Positions 20,505 through 32,047 of a stretch of 64,000 bases of DNA are shown piece after piece; within the stretch, counting starts at the first letter, position 1; every line of letters starts with the position of its first letter. The notes beneath the pieces were generated by a model. That model did not search any database. It was given only the letters and a program-made list of their open reading frames with translations, and was not told the origin of the DNA. A program made the translations under genes and the position numbers. Source of the stretch: Candidatus Moanibacter sp. (GTDB lineage Bacteria > Verrucomicrobiota > Verrucomicrobiia > Opitutales > UBA2987); the NCBI GenBank assembly GCA_965215885.1, contig CBDCEW010000097.1:64001-128000 (forward strand), in the 5' to 3' direction.

Positions 20505-22514
20505 ATGAAGAAAGCGAATTGGACATTACCCAATCTTAGAAAGAGTAAGTATATTCTCCCAGTCGCCGCAGTTATTCTACTGATAATCGGTATATTCATT
20601 GGCTCGCGATTCCCATCCAGTCGATCTCTTCACAAGGAATACGGACGCTCTCATGAGCCGGGCGAATCCGGAGGGCACGCCGCCGAGACCCTCTACACCT
20701 GCTCGATGCACCCTCAGATTCAAGCATCGGAACCGGGTAAGTGTCCGATCTGCGGTATGGAACTCATCCCGGTGACTCACAGAACACGCCCAATCGAAGA
20801 GGGGCCGCCTGTGCTCACCCTCTCTCAAACGGCGAAGAGGTTAGCCAGAATCGAAACTGCTCCAGTGGAAAGGCGTTTCCTGCAGGCGGAAATCCGAATG
20901 GTCGGAAAGATTGAATACGATGAAACGAAATTACGCACCATTACCGCCTGGTTTCCTGCCCGCATCGACCTGCTCTATGTCGACTTCACCGGTATTGAAG
21001 TCCGCCGGGGCGATCATTTGGCCAGAGTTTACAGCCCGGAGCTGGTCACAGCTCAAAGCGAATTGCTTACAACCTTGAGATTTCCCAACAACACTGCGGC
21101 GATTGAAGGAGCCCGTGAGAAACTTCGTTTATGGGGTCTGTCCGCTGAGCAAGTAAAGGCTATCGAAGAACGCGCAGAACCCTCCGATCTGGTCGAGATC
21201 AACGCACCCATAGGCGGCATCGTTATTCACAAGAATGTAAATGAAGGTGAATATGTCGATACCGGCTCGGCCCTTTTCAAGATTGCCGATCTGAGTAACG
21301 TGTGGGTCTTTCTCGATGCTTACGAAAGAGACCTGCCGTGGATTCGGTACGGACAGAAAGTCGTATTTCGAACGGAGGCATATCCGGGGGAGAAATTCGA
21401 AGGAAACGTTGTATTCATCAATCCTACCGTCGATTCCAAAACGCGAACAATCAAAGTGCGGGTGAATCTGCCCAATCCGGATCGGAAGCTCAAACCGGGA
21501 ATGTTTGTTCGAGGGGTCATCTTCTCCGAGATTGCGGAAAGCGGGAAAGCGATCACGCCCGATCTGGCGGGCAAATGGGTCGGTCCCATGCACCCCGAGA
21601 TTATCCGGGAGCAGCCCGGAAAATGCGACATCTGTGGAATGGACCTGCTCCGTGCGGAAGATCTCGGTTACGTGCCCGCCGTGAGGGAGTCTCCACCGTT
21701 AGTCGTTTCCGCCAGCGCCGTCCTCAAGACCGGTAAACGCGCCGTCGTCTATGTCGAGTTACCCGATCGGGACGATCCCACCTATGAGGGCCGCGAGATC
21801 GAATTGGGGCCGCGAGCCGGTGACGCCTACATAGTTGTGGCCGGGCTTGAGGAAGGGGAACGCGTCGTTGTCAACGGAAATTTCAAGATCGACAGCGCAC
21901 TGCAAATTCAGGCTAAGCCGAGCATGATGAATCCTGAGGCGGTCAGGCCGCCGGCTGGACATGATCGTCACGAAACGGAAACTCTGTCGGCCCCGAAAGG
22001 CGCGGCGCAAGACGACCGGTTCATCAGAGAGCGAAAGTCCAAAGACCGAGAGCGGCTCGATGAGCTGCTTGAAGCCTATTTCAAAATTCAAAAAGCGCTC
22101 GCTTCGGATGATCTCGACGAAGCCCGAAATCGGACGAACGACATTTCACGTCTCCTGGGCCGGAGAGAAGACGGGACTTCGACATCTACCGTTGGATATT
22201 ACGGGGAGGAGATCCGAGAGACACTTGAACCTTCTCTCCAGGAGTTTCGGGGGGCAACCGACCTCGGAGTCGCTCGAAGCGCTTTTGGTGCGATTTCTCT
22301 AAATCTGAAGGAACGGGTAGAGCGATCCGGAGAAGCCGGCCGCTTTGATGTGTATCTTATGCACTGTCCAATGGCGCTGCAAGGTGCTGGGGCGGAATGG
22401 CTCCAGCAATATCAGGAAGTGGAGAATCCTTACTTGGGACTTGCCATACATGGCTGTGGCAGCTCCAGGGGAAAATTGACTTCCGCTCAAAACCCAATCC
22501 AAGCGGAATTATAG
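20505..22514 (+). CDS. cusB: CusB-type RND periplasmic adaptor with heavy-metal-binding domains
   Basis: YTCSMHPQI..CPICGMEL, second PMHP..CDICGMDL, YSPEL, LKPGMF, C-terminal CPMA..W..NPY..CG domain. Confidence 0.88.
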   Translation: MKKANWTLPNLRKSKYILPVAAVILLIIGIFIGSRFPSSRSLHKEYGRSHEPGESGGHAAETLYTCSMHPQIQASEPGKCPICGMELIPVTHRTRPIEEGPPVLTLSQTAKRLARIETAPVERRFLQAEIRMVGKIEYDETKLRTITAWFPARIDLLYVDFTGIEVRRGDHLARVYSPELVTAQSELLTTLRFPNNTAAIEGAREKLRLWGLSAEQVKAIEERAEPSDLVEINAPIGGIVIHKNVNEGEYVDTGSALFKIADLSNVWVFLDAYERDLPWIRYGQKVVFRTEAYPGEKFEGNVVFINPTVDSKTRTIKVRVNLPNPDRKLKPGMFVRGVIFSEIAESGKAITPDLAGKWVGPMHPEIIREQPGKCDICGMDLLRAEDLGYVPAVRESPPLVVSASAVLKTGKRAVVYVELPDRDDPTYEGREIELGPRAGDAYIVVAGLEEGERVVVNGNFKIDSALQIQAKPSMMNPEAVRPPAGHDRHETETLSAPKGAAQDDRFIRERKSKDRERLDELLEAYFKIQKALASDDLDEARNRTNDISRLLGRREDGTSTSTVGYYGEEIRETLEPSLQEFRGATDLGVARSAFGAISLNLKERVERSGEAGRFDVYLMHCPMALQGAGAEWLQQYQEVENPYLGLAIHGCGSSRGKLTSAQNPIQAEL

Positions 22515-22565
22515 GAACCGGCGGGAGGACGTCTGTTTTCGGTTATAGGAAAAGAAGATAGATAC

Positions 22566-22751
22566 ATGGAGAAAATCAGATCAATTAGGGACTTAAGAGT
22601 ATATCAGAAATTGAGGGCGCTTCATCTGCAAGTGCACACGGAAAGTCTGACGTTTCCAAAGTTTGAGCTCTACGAACTCGGTTCACAGGTAAGACGCTCA
22701 TCGAATCATGAACGAGCCGAATTGAAGAGCAACCGACAACCGATAACCTAA
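22566..22751 (+). pseudogene. Truncated four-helix-bundle (23S IVS protein / Avd-like) gene
   Basis: RDLRVYQK..FPKFELYELGSQVRRSSN, then loss of the family's C-terminal half. Confidence 0.75.
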
Positions 22752-22840
22752 AACCTGCAACCTGAAGAGTAACACCCAAGACCGACAACCCAGAACTGAA
22801 AGGCCATGGCCGACCACCGAACACCAAACACCGAACACCC
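22730..22840 (+). repeat. Degenerate heptamer array (ACCGACA/ACCGAAC-like)
   Basis: caaccga caaccga taaccta aaacctg caacctg ... accgaac accaaac accgaac. Confidence 0.65.
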
Positions 22841-25800
22841 TGATGCGGAGTCCCCCCTCGCCGATTCGAGCAAAACTCCGGGCGCCGATTCGTCGCCCTC
22901 CCTCCTCGCCCACTACATCCTGTTCTGTCTCAAGAACAAGCTTGTCGTCTTCCTGGTAGCGCTCTTTCTCATCACGTGGGGAATCCTTGTAGCGCCGTTT
23001 GATTGGGAGATTCCGGGTCTGCCGCGCGATCCGGTACCAGTGGATGCTATTCCCGATATCGGAGAAAATCAGCAGATCGTGTTTACCCGATGGCAGGGAC
23101 GCTCGCCACAGGACATCGAAGATCAAATCTCCTATCCGCTCACCGTTGCGCTCCTCGGACTGCCGGAGGTACAGACCATACGAACTTTCTCCTATTTCGG
23201 ATTTTCCAGTATTTATATCATCTTTAAGGAAAGAGCGGATTACTACTGGACGCGAAGCCGCATCGTAGAGAAATTGAACAGCCTGCCGGCGGGCACCTTA
23301 CCCGAAGGCGTTCAACCCACCCTCGGTCCCGATGCCACAGCGCTCGGTCAGGTTTTCTGGTATACGATCGAGGGGCGCGACTCTTCCGGCAATCCTATCG
23401 GAGGCTGGGACCCCCAGGAATTGCGCAGCGTCCAGGACTGGTATGTCCGTTATGCACTACAGGGAGTCGAAGGCGTCGCTGAGGTGGCATCGATCGGCGG
23501 TTTTGAAAAAGAGTACCAGGTCGACGTCGATCCTGACGCAATGCGGGCTTATGAAGTGACGCTGGAAGACGTCTTTAAAGCGGTTCAAAATTCCAATATC
23601 GACGTAGGAGCACGCACCATCGAACTGAACAGGGTGGAATATGTCATCCGTGGTCTCGGATTTCTGACGAGTCTTGACGATCTCCGCAATACAGTGGTGA
23701 AGGTGACCGAAAACGTACCGATTACTCTCGGTCAGATCTCCACCATTCATTTCGGCCCCGCCCTTCGCCGCGGCGTTCTCGATAAGGAGGGCACGGAGGC
23801 GGTAGGAGGAGTTGTCGTTAGCCGATACGGTGACAATCCCCTGGCCGTCATAAAAAGGGTTCAAGCCAAAATCAAAGAGATCGAACCCGGTCTTCCGGAA
23901 AAGGTCCATCCTGACGGCACCCGCTCTAAGTTGAGCATCGTTCCTTTCTATGACCGCACCGGTCTCATCTACGAAACGCTCGGGACTCTCGAAAAAGCCC
24001 TCTATGAAGAAATCCTCGTCTCCATCATTGTAATCGCGGTTCTCGTTCTGCACCTTCGGAGTTCGCTCCTTATCTCATCCATTCTTCCTCTGGCAGTGCT
24101 CCTGACATTTATCGGGATGAAAGTTTTTGGAGTGGATGCCAATATCGTCGCACTCTCCGGAATCGCCATCGCCATTGGCACAATCGTCGATATGGGGATA
24201 GTCATCTGTGAAAACGTCCTCAAACACCTCGAAAATGCCGGTCCCGGCGAGGATCGGCTCAGCATCGTATATCGGGCAACGACTGAGGTTGGGGGCGCTG
24301 TCCTTACCGCGGTGCTCACTACCGTTGTCAGTTTTCTACCCGTCTTTACGATGGAATCGGCCGAAGGAAAGCTGTTTCGGCCTCTCGCTTACACTAAGAC
24401 TTTTGCCCTCGTCGCTTCCATCGTAGTAGCGCTGTCTCTCTTACCGCCCCTTTTACATCTTATTTTTGACACTCGGATACGTAGCGATCGATTGCGAAAG
24501 GGCCTGTTTCTGGTCGTCATTTTAGTGGGAGTTGCCCTTCCCTTCCTCTTCGAATTTGTGTCTTTCTGGGTAGGAGGATTTCTCGCTGCCATAGGGCTCT
24601 TCCAACTCTTCCGAGACGGACTTCCGGAGTCCTCCCGGCGATGGGGCACTCTTGTGTTCAATTTTGTTTTCGCAATCATCCTTGCATGCTTTCTCGCCCA
24701 CGACTGGTTGCCCCTCGGTCCCGAGAAAGGTCGGCTCAACGCCATCTTCGTCATCGCCGTAATTGGGGGCTTGCTCGGGCTGATCTACCTCTTTCTTCGC
24801 TCCTATGCATCCATCCTTCACTTGTGCCTCTGGCATAAGAAGCTATTCCTTTCTATCATCGCACTCATTCTGATACTTGGGGCGAATGCATGGATCGGTT
24901 TTGAATCCACTTTTCAGTTTCTCCCCCGGTTTCTGCAATCAAATCCAGTCTGGACCAGCCTGGAGCGCACATTTCCGGGACTGGGCAAAGAGTTCATGCC
25001 GCCTCTGGATGAAGGTTCCTACCTCTTCATGCCGACAACCATGCCGCATGCATCCATTGGCGAGGCCCTCGATGTGCTTCAAATCCAGGACAAGGCTATC
25101 AGCGCCATTCCCGAAGTAGATACCGTGGTCGGGAAAATAGGTCGCGTTGAGAGTCCGCTCGATCCGGCCCCGATCTCCATGGTCGAGACCATCATCAGCT
25201 ACAAACCTGAGTACATCGTTGACGCAAGTGGCCGGCAAATGCGATTTCGATATGACCGTCGCTCCGGTGAATTTGCGCGGGACGAAGGAGATAACCTCAT
25301 CCCCGACAAAAGAGGCAGGCCATACCGTCAATGGCGCGATCACATTCAGGAACCGGATGATATCTGGAAAGAGATTGTTGAAGCCGGAAGGGTCCTCGGC
25401 TCTACTTCGGCTCCCAAACTGCAGCCTATCGCCGCGCGCCTCGTCATGCTCCAAAGTGGAATGCGCGCTCCCATGGGTCTCAAAGTCTATGGCCCGACTT
25501 TCGAGACCATAGAATCGGTTGGTCTCGACCTCGAACGCTTACTCAAAGAAGTCCCCTCCATTAGTCCCGATTCGGTCTTCGCCGATCGAATCGTAGGGAA
25601 ACCTTATCTTGAAATAGATATTAATCGTAGTGCCCTGGCCCGCTACGGAATGAGCATTCGACAGGTTCAGGACGTAATTGAGATCGCCATCGGCGGACGA
25701 AAGATCACTTCAACGGTCGAGGGCCGCGAACGCTATTCCGTGCGGGTGCGCTACCTTCGAGAGTTGCGTGGCGACATCGAGAGCATTGAGAAAATTCTTG

Positions 25801-26654
25801 TGCCCGCCGCCGACGGTTCCCAGATTCCGCTCGGCCAGCTGGCAACTATTCTCTACGAGAGGGGGCCCCAAATGATCAAAAGTGAGGATACCTTTCTCGT
25901 CGGCTACGTTATCTTTGATAAGCGGGCAGAATATGCCGAGGTCGACGTCGTTGAGGAGGCCGCCGCCTATCTCCAGGAATCACTGGAGAGCGGCAGGCTC
26001 ATCATTCCGCCCGGGGTGAGCTACAATTTTACCGGGTCCTATGAAAATCAAATTCGCGCGGAACAAAAACTTCGGCTCATTCTCCCACTGGCCCTTTTCG
26101 CCATCTTTCTCATCATCTATTTCCAGTTCAAATCCGTCTCTACCACCCTCCTCGTCTTTTCCGGAATTCTCGTCGCGTGGTCGGGTGGCTTTATCATGCT
26201 CTGGCTCTACGGCCAGAGTTGGTTCCTCAATTTCAGCCTCTTCCAGACAAACCTCCGCGAGCTCTTCCAGATCCAACCCGTCAACCTCAGTGTCGCTGTC
26301 TGGGTCGGCTTCCTCGCCCTCTTCGGCATCGCTACCGACGACGGTGTGATCATGGCAACTTATCTCCGCCAGGTTTTTCGCAGTGAATCGCCCACTACCG
26401 TCGCCGCTATCCGAAACGCCACCATCCTCGCGGGACGAAAGCGCATTCGCCCCGCCATGATGACAACCGCAACCACCATTCTCGCCCTCCTCCCCGTCCT
26501 CACCTCCACCGGGCGCGGCGCCGATGTCATGGTCCCATTGGCCATTCCCACCTTCGGGGGTATGACCCTCGCCATCCTCACCGTCTTCGTCGTCCCGGTA
26601 TCATACTGCGGACTGGCCGAACTGCGGCTGAAGTTTAAGAGGGATCAGACTTGA
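22806..26654 (+). CDS. cusA: CusA/CzcA family heavy-metal RND permease
   Basis: DAIPDIGENQQIVFT, LGPDAT, GIAIAIGTIVD, EFMPPLDEG, RIRPAMMT; the stop overlaps an IS4 end. Confidence 0.92.
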   Translation: MADHRTPNTEHPDAESPLADSSKTPGADSSPSLLAHYILFCLKNKLVVFLVALFLITWGILVAPFDWEIPGLPRDPVPVDAIPDIGENQQIVFTRWQGRSPQDIEDQISYPLTVALLGLPEVQTIRTFSYFGFSSIYIIFKERADYYWTRSRIVEKLNSLPAGTLPEGVQPTLGPDATALGQVFWYTIEGRDSSGNPIGGWDPQELRSVQDWYVRYALQGVEGVAEVASIGGFEKEYQVDVDPDAMRAYEVTLEDVFKAVQNSNIDVGARTIELNRVEYVIRGLGFLTSLDDLRNTVVKVTENVPITLGQISTIHFGPALRRGVLDKEGTEAVGGVVVSRYGDNPLAVIKRVQAKIKEIEPGLPEKVHPDGTRSKLSIVPFYDRTGLIYETLGTLEKALYEEILVSIIVIAVLVLHLRSSLLISSILPLAVLLTFIGMKVFGVDANIVALSGIAIAIGTIVDMGIVICENVLKHLENAGPGEDRLSIVYRATTEVGGAVLTAVLTTVVSFLPVFTMESAEGKLFRPLAYTKTFALVASIVVALSLLPPLLHLIFDTRIRSDRLRKGLFLVVILVGVALPFLFEFVSFWVGGFLAAIGLFQLFRDGLPESSRRWGTLVFNFVFAIILACFLAHDWLPLGPEKGRLNAIFVIAVIGGLLGLIYLFLRSYASILHLCLWHKKLFLSIIALILILGANAWIGFESTFQFLPRFLQSNPVWTSLERTFPGLGKEFMPPLDEGSYLFMPTTMPHASIGEALDVLQIQDKAISAIPEVDTVVGKIGRVESPLDPAPISMVETIISYKPEYIVDASGRQMRFRYDRRSGEFARDEGDNLIPDKRGRPYRQWRDHIQEPDDIWKEIVEAGRVLGSTSAPKLQPIAARLVMLQSGMRAPMGLKVYGPTFETIESVGLDLERLLKEVPSISPDSVFADRIVGKPYLEIDINRSALARYGMSIRQVQDVIEIAIGGRKITSTVEGRERYSVRVRYLRELRGDIESIEKILVPAADGSQIPLGQLATILYERGPQMIKSEDTFLVGYVIFDKRAEYAEVDVVEEAAAYLQESLESGRLIIPPGVSYNFTGSYENQIRAEQKLRLILPLALFAIFLIIYFQFKSVSTTLLVFSGILVAWSGGFIMLWLYGQSWFLNFSLFQTNLRELFQIQPVNLSVAVWVGFLALFGIATDDGVIMATYLRQVFRSESPTTVAAIRNATILAGRKRIRPAMMTTATTILALLPVLTSTGRGADVMVPLAIPTFGGMTLAILTVFVVPVSYCGLAELRLKFKRDQT

Positions 26655-26667
26655 ATGGCGCTAACTT
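26653..26667. mobile_element. Orphan IS4-type terminal repeat clipped by the next IS
   Basis: gaatggcgctaactt, identical to the MITE end at 39507. Confidence 0.6.
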
Positions 26668-28592
26668 GACCTTATCCGAAAAGCTACTGATTGGCCGCAA
26701 AAGGCGCAAAAGGCGCAAAAGGCGCAAGAAAAACTTGAGAAAAATCATTTTCTGGCTTGATAAAAAGTGTCGCAACATGCTAGTGTTTAACAACCTAAGA
26801 TTAAGAAAGGAGTTAAACATGCCAACATGTGCGACAGAGGAGAACAAAAGCGATAAGACGCCCCTTAGCAACCTCATTCTGCCGGTTCCAGACACGGATT
26901 TCCGTGATTTTCTGGATGAAGTTGAAGAAGTGGCCGGGTTCGCGGCGCAAATCATCGAGGCGATCGAGAAGGATCTGGACGCCCATGCGCGTGAGAAGAC
27001 GAAACTTCGATTGGAAGATCGAAGGTTCTTTGAAGGGCGCACAGCGGAGCTGCCGGAGCTGGACATCGAGGAGGAGAATATTCTGGCTGCTGAATTGAAT
27101 CTTGGGGCAGGCCGGCCGCGGATGCCGGCTTATGCGGTATACGTGTTCGTGATGCTTCGAGGGTTTCTGGGTTCGTTGACCACGAAACCGGCACGGCGGT
27201 TTGTGCGCGAGTCGATGAGCTTGTACGGATTTTTGCAGAGCGGGGGACTGAGAATGCCGGGGGTGACGACGATTCTGGAGAACGTGAACCTGGTCAGCCA
27301 TACGACCCGCGAGTTGATCTTTGATAAACAGATTGGGTTTATCCTCCAGGAGCAATGGGACGATTTCGGGAAGCTGACGATCGACAGCACCTCGGTGAAA
27401 GCAAACAGCTGCTGGCCCACCGAGGGGAAGATTCTGAGCGGTCTTTTGATGCGGGCCAATCGTTTGGGTCAGAAGTTGCATGTCTTCGGGCTGGAGGATT
27501 TTCGCAAGGGATGGGTTGGGCGTTGGCTGGAGGAAATGGACAAGCTGGAGTTTCAGATTTGTCTGGCCGCGGGCAAACCGAAGTCGAAGGGCAAGCTGAA
27601 GAAACACTACCGGCGGTTGCTCAAGCGGGGCCGCAAGGCGGCCGACTCACTAACGGGGGAACTGAGCCATCTTGAAGAGGGCCTGTCGATGGATTCACTG
27701 CCTCCCACTCGCCGGGAGCTTCTGGAGCGGGCATTGAGCCAGATCAGGGGCGATATTGCCGACGCCAAGCGGGTTGTTGAGTATGCTCATGATCGGGTGT
27801 TTCACGAAAAGAAGCTACCGTCCACACAGAAGGTCCTGAGCCTCTCGGACGGATCGGCGGCCTACATCAAGAAGGGCAGCCGCAATCCAGTGATCGGGTA
27901 CAAGCCACAACTGGTTCGCAGCGAAAACGGTTTTGTCACCAGCCTGATCGTACCGCAAGGCAACGCGGCAGACTCCATTGAGCTGGCGCCGGCCATCGGC
28001 GATTCGATCAAGCGCACCGGTGTCATTGCTGAACTGGTCAGCACCGATGACGGATATGCTTCGGCGAAGGGACGCAAGGAGGTGCTGAGCATGGGGGTAA
28101 AGCAGATCAGTATCAGTGGGGCGAAGGGCAAGAAGTTGACCACCCCCGAGGACTGGGAGAGCGAGGCGTATCGCGAGGCACGCCGCGATCGCTCCGCAGT
28201 GGAGTCGCTGATGTTCACGATTAAAGATGGATTTGCCTTTGGCGAACTCGGCCGCCGCGGCATCGATGCGGTAGGCGATGAACTGCTCGAGAAGGTTCTG
28301 GCCTACAACTTCTGCCGCATCATACTGATGAAGAAACGCCGAGGGGAGGAACTGGAACAGGCAGCCTGAATCTGACCGCTTTGAAGCTCAGAGAAAAAAG
28401 CACCACGGGATGAGTATGCCTCCAGACAGCGGCAAATATACGTATTGTGCAGCAAGCCACGCCGATGGCCGCTCAATACCTGCTCATCGGCAGCGCCGGC
28501 AGCCTAAAACCCGAAACCTGCCAGCCATAGGCTGGTCCGCCCGTGGCGGAGAACCTTAAACCGCCCGCTCGAAAGGCTTTTCGAATGGGGTC
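26668..28592 (+). mobile_element. IS5/ISNCY-like insertion sequence
   Basis: Imperfect IRs gaccttatccgaaaagc / gcttttcgaatggggtc around one transposase; no matching TSD; aaggcgcaa tandem repeat at about 26697-26728. Confidence 0.8.
26819..28369 (+). CDS. DDE transposase (IS5/IS1182/ISNCY-like)
   Basis: TIDST, STDDGY, RSAVESLMFTIK; AAGGAG RBS before the ATG at 26819. Confidence 0.85.
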   Translation: MPTCATEENKSDKTPLSNLILPVPDTDFRDFLDEVEEVAGFAAQIIEAIEKDLDAHAREKTKLRLEDRRFFEGRTAELPELDIEEENILAAELNLGAGRPRMPAYAVYVFVMLRGFLGSLTTKPARRFVRESMSLYGFLQSGGLRMPGVTTILENVNLVSHTTRELIFDKQIGFILQEQWDDFGKLTIDSTSVKANSCWPTEGKILSGLLMRANRLGQKLHVFGLEDFRKGWVGRWLEEMDKLEFQICLAAGKPKSKGKLKKHYRRLLKRGRKAADSLTGELSHLEEGLSMDSLPPTRRELLERALSQIRGDIADAKRVVEYAHDRVFHEKKLPSTQKVLSLSDGSAAYIKKGSRNPVIGYKPQLVRSENGFVTSLIVPQGNAADSIELAPAIGDSIKRTGVIAELVSTDDGYASAKGRKEVLSMGVKQISISGAKGKKLTTPEDWESEAYREARRDRSAVESLMFTIKDGFAFGELGRRGIDAVGDELLEKVLAYNFCRIILMKKRRGEELEQAA

Positions 28593-28912
28593 GAGCTAGT
28601 TTTAGGCAGTATCGATAATCTGCCCCAAAAGCTTGCCCAGGCTGCACAGAAAGCACCCCCCTTCAGTCACTGGCGGGCGAACAGAAAAACCCTCGCCGTG
28701 GGTCGATTGCCCAAAAAGCTCCTGCGAAAAGAAAACTTCCTTGAGGAACTCTTCGAAGTCTGTAATCGCCAGGATCAATCCTTAAACCCGCAACCCCATC
28801 GGATTGCCTCCTGACAACGACTCCAGTGCCCTCCCTCTGCTCCCCATTTTCTTCATGCTCTAACTAGAGAACTCCACGCAATTTGCGTGCCAACCGAAAT
28901 TCAGAACGATGG
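28593..28912 (+). mobile_element. Right-end 320 bp of the two-ORF Mutator-like element
   Basis: Near-identical to 57159-57478; ends in ...cagaacgatgg. Confidence 0.88.
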
Positions 28913-29434
28913 CGCAAGACTCGGGGGAGCCTGTAGCGAGAAAAAGCTCCAGATGCCCACAATCGTGATGACAGTTACGGTACAGGCAATCATGACACCG
29001 TTCGCGTTGAAAAGAGCCGCATCAAAGGGTGTACTGAAGTTGAAATGTGAAGGTACACCGCGCCACTGCTGTATTGAAACCCAGCACACCTCCATGAAGT
29101 TGGCAACGCCGAGTGTGCCCAGCAGTAGCCAACCCCTGACGCGCTTCCTAGGCAGAAAGGTCGTGAACCATGCGACAGACAATGCCGTCAACCCAAATGC
29201 TTCACCGAAAAGGATTGGCTTGCGCCAGGAGACATCCCCTTTCAAAGAGCCACCCGTAACAACGAGCACGCCTGCGTGAAACACTGCGCTGAGGATCAAG
29301 AAGGCCCCAATAATATAGGCGAATTTCTGGTAGCCCTCCGCTTCAGTCCAGTAGCGCCTCAACGTGGTCAGCATGGCGCGGATCAGCATGCCCAGATTAT
29401 TGGCGCCCCTTTGTGGCACAACCAGTTCGGACAT
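28901..29434 (-). pseudogene. Membrane protein truncated by IS insertion
   Basis: Hydrophobic ORF with WRKPILFG and QQWRGVPSHFN; its last codons and stop come from the IS end. Confidence 0.72.
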
Positions 29435-29835
29435 TCTTTGAATCCTCCTTTTCTGTTTCTTCAGCCGTCGCTCTTTCTCGCCTGTCTATTCGCCCCCTGA
29501 ATCGTTGAGTACGGGCGGGATTACAATTGAATTCACACGCGGAACTATGGCCAGCCACATTTCCCGATGTCTTTTTTTAGTGTGGCGGATGAGTTCTCCG
29601 CTCGAATGGCATGCAAGAAATTCCCTGTAGTCATAACCTCCACCTTAGAGAAAGTGGGGATGAGACTTGTGGGTAGCAATTGCGCGAACACTCACATCGA
29701 TGTCACACGTAGAGACCTTGACTTGCTGGTTTTCCTCTGGTCATGATCGCGCGAGCGGTCTTCCGCAAGCGGGTTTAGATTGAGCTTTGAGCCCTGCAGT
29801 GTGGGTGAGCGTTTGCACCGGTTGGGGTCTTGGAC

Positions 29836-31985
29836 ATGGCAAAGGAATTCCGGCAGTTGGCTCTCGTGGCGGTCTTCAGCCTGACTATTCTCGTGGTGGT
29901 TGTCTCCATTTGGGCAGGTAGCCGAGCCGACGAGATTCGGGGTCCCACGGTGTTCGTACGGGACCACGCGGGGGACCTCTGGATCAGCGTCAACCGCGAT
30001 CTCTACGAGATCAACACCTCGGGTGAAATCTTGCAGACGATCGAAACGCAGGGAGACGAGGTGCTTGAAAAGGGTATTCAGGCGCTCGATGTCGACGCCT
30101 GGGGCGACCTGTTGGTGGGGTACGGAAAGACGGAGAAAATTCACCGCCTCTCGCCCGAGACTGGAGAACTGTTGGAAGTACTGGCGATTGCGTCGAAGGC
30201 GCCGACGAAGTTTCCCGGAGACGCTTACAAGTTCGCCATCGAATCCGAAACCGGTGATCTCTTTCTGGCCGACACGCGCAACCACCACATCCGGATTTTC
30301 AATGCGGAAAGGGAACTCAAAGGGACTTTTGGCGAACAGGGTGAAAACCCGGAGCAGTTTCATTTCCCCAATGATATCCGCTTCGGGCCGGACGGGCTTC
30401 TTTACATTTCGGATACCAACAACCACCGGATCGGAGCGTTCGACCGCGCCGGGGACCATCGGTTTTCGGTTAAGACAATCGACTCGGAAGTCTCCTCGGA
30501 GATGGTCTGGCCGACACGATTCATATTTGCTTCCGACGGCTCGATCTTCGTGATCAACAAGGGGCCGATGTTAGTCGGCGGCGAGATAGTCCGGCTCCAC
30601 CGGGAGGACGGAATTCTCGATCGCATCGAACTGCCACCAGGTGCCGATCCGATGAAATTGTTGCCGGTGGACGGCGATCTGTGGGTGACAGACGAGGCGC
30701 GCTGCCAGGGTTTGCGCTACACATTGGAGGGCGAGCGGTTGGAGAACGTCGAATCAGGCGAATTCGAGGAACTGCTCTCCGCACTCCACTTTGAGCGAAC
30801 CTATTATCGATCGATTACGTCCAAGGCTCAGCGCGGCCTCTTCATTCTCCTATTACTGCTCATTGTCATTTATTTTTTCGAGCGCAGGCAGAAGGCGAAC
30901 GAGGTCGCGGTGGAAGATCCCCTGGCCGGACGGTTGGACCTGCGGGAGATACCGATGATTGCGTTTCCGCTTAAGAAGAAGCTCAAATGCGCGGCGCTGC
31001 TCGTCGGGGTATGGTTTGGCGGGAGTATCCTAATAACGTTGATCGTGATGGGCCTGTCTGTCGTTGGCGAGAGCACAGCAGACGGAGAAGTAGGCTCCCT
31101 GGCTTTCCGAATCGTGACATGGTTGCTCCTGCTAACTCTCGCTGTTGCCATTTTTTTTATATTTGCCGGCGCCGTTCGAGACGGGGCTTTTCACCGAATG
31201 AATCTGAAGAGGGTCGAAAAAGTGTTCGACAAGCAGAAGGGCAACCTCGGCAATACCCTCGCGCCCGACGAGGTCATCCGCCTTCGGGGAACGCCGAGAA
31301 TGCTCGGACGGGGATTTTTATTAACACTCCTGGGGGCCCCTTCTTCTCCGATGTCAACCTCTTCGTCGTCACCACCAGACGGATTCTCCTTCTCACAACG
31401 GACCTCTTCGCCACCGGTCTGCGGAAGATCCAGGAAATCTCCTTCGCACGGATTGAAGAGATGGACATGTCATCCACGCTAACCGTGCAGCGGTGGTTGC
31501 ACCGATGGTTCGGATCCGGTTTCCTTGCCATAAAACTGACCGGCCAGGTCCGCCCTCTCCGCTTCGTGTTCACCGATGCCGCGCAGGCCGAAGCAGCCCG
31601 CGAGGAGATTCTCGATCGCGCTGCGCAGATCGAAGACGGGGATTTCCCCAGCCCCGGACGCATCTGCCTCAAATGTTTCCAATCAGCGCCCGCACACTTA
31701 ATCGCATGCCCAGCCTGCGGCCATGCCGAGCGACCCGCCTGGATCCCGCCCCTCTGCTCGCTCTTATACCCGGGAGTAGGGCAACTCCTCAATCACAACC
31801 TAATCAAAGGTGTGATATTGTTTACCATAGCTTCGTTTGTCCTTCTCAGCGAAGCTTCCCTCACATTGATCGCCGTTACCGGTACCGCGGAAATTCTCGA
31901 CGAAACCCTTAACGACCTTCTTCTCACCCATCTCCTCCTCGCTACCATCGCCACGGCGGACGCGTATTTCTCGGCGAAACGGTGA
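29836..31985 (+). CDS. NHL-repeat membrane protein with PH-like and zinc-ribbon C-terminal parts; one frameshift
   Basis: ADTRNHHIRIF, FHFPNDI, ISDTNNHRI; one extra G in the G5 run at 31332-31336 joins ORF 29830-31482 to ORF 30987-31985 (VVTTRRILL, CxxC..CxxC, PGVGQL). Confidence 0.72.
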
Positions 31986-32047
31986 AGAGGAGGATTTTTG
32001 TGATCCGATTGGATTTACCTGATTAGCTGGGCTTTCAAAATTCCCTA

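Noticed and set aside
22566..22751. Avd-like gene as a sign of a diversity-generating retroelement
   Set aside because: No reverse transcriptase and no TR/VR pair seen; the gene is truncated
26651..26818. Basic KRRKRR N-terminal extension (NLS-like) on the transposase
   Set aside because: It arises from a 9-bp tandem repeat upstream of the RBS-supported start, and the ORF begins outside the IS
29692..30459. Long antisense ORFs (also 26813-27607 and 54707-55489)
   Set aside because: Shadow frames of well-supported genes on the other strand
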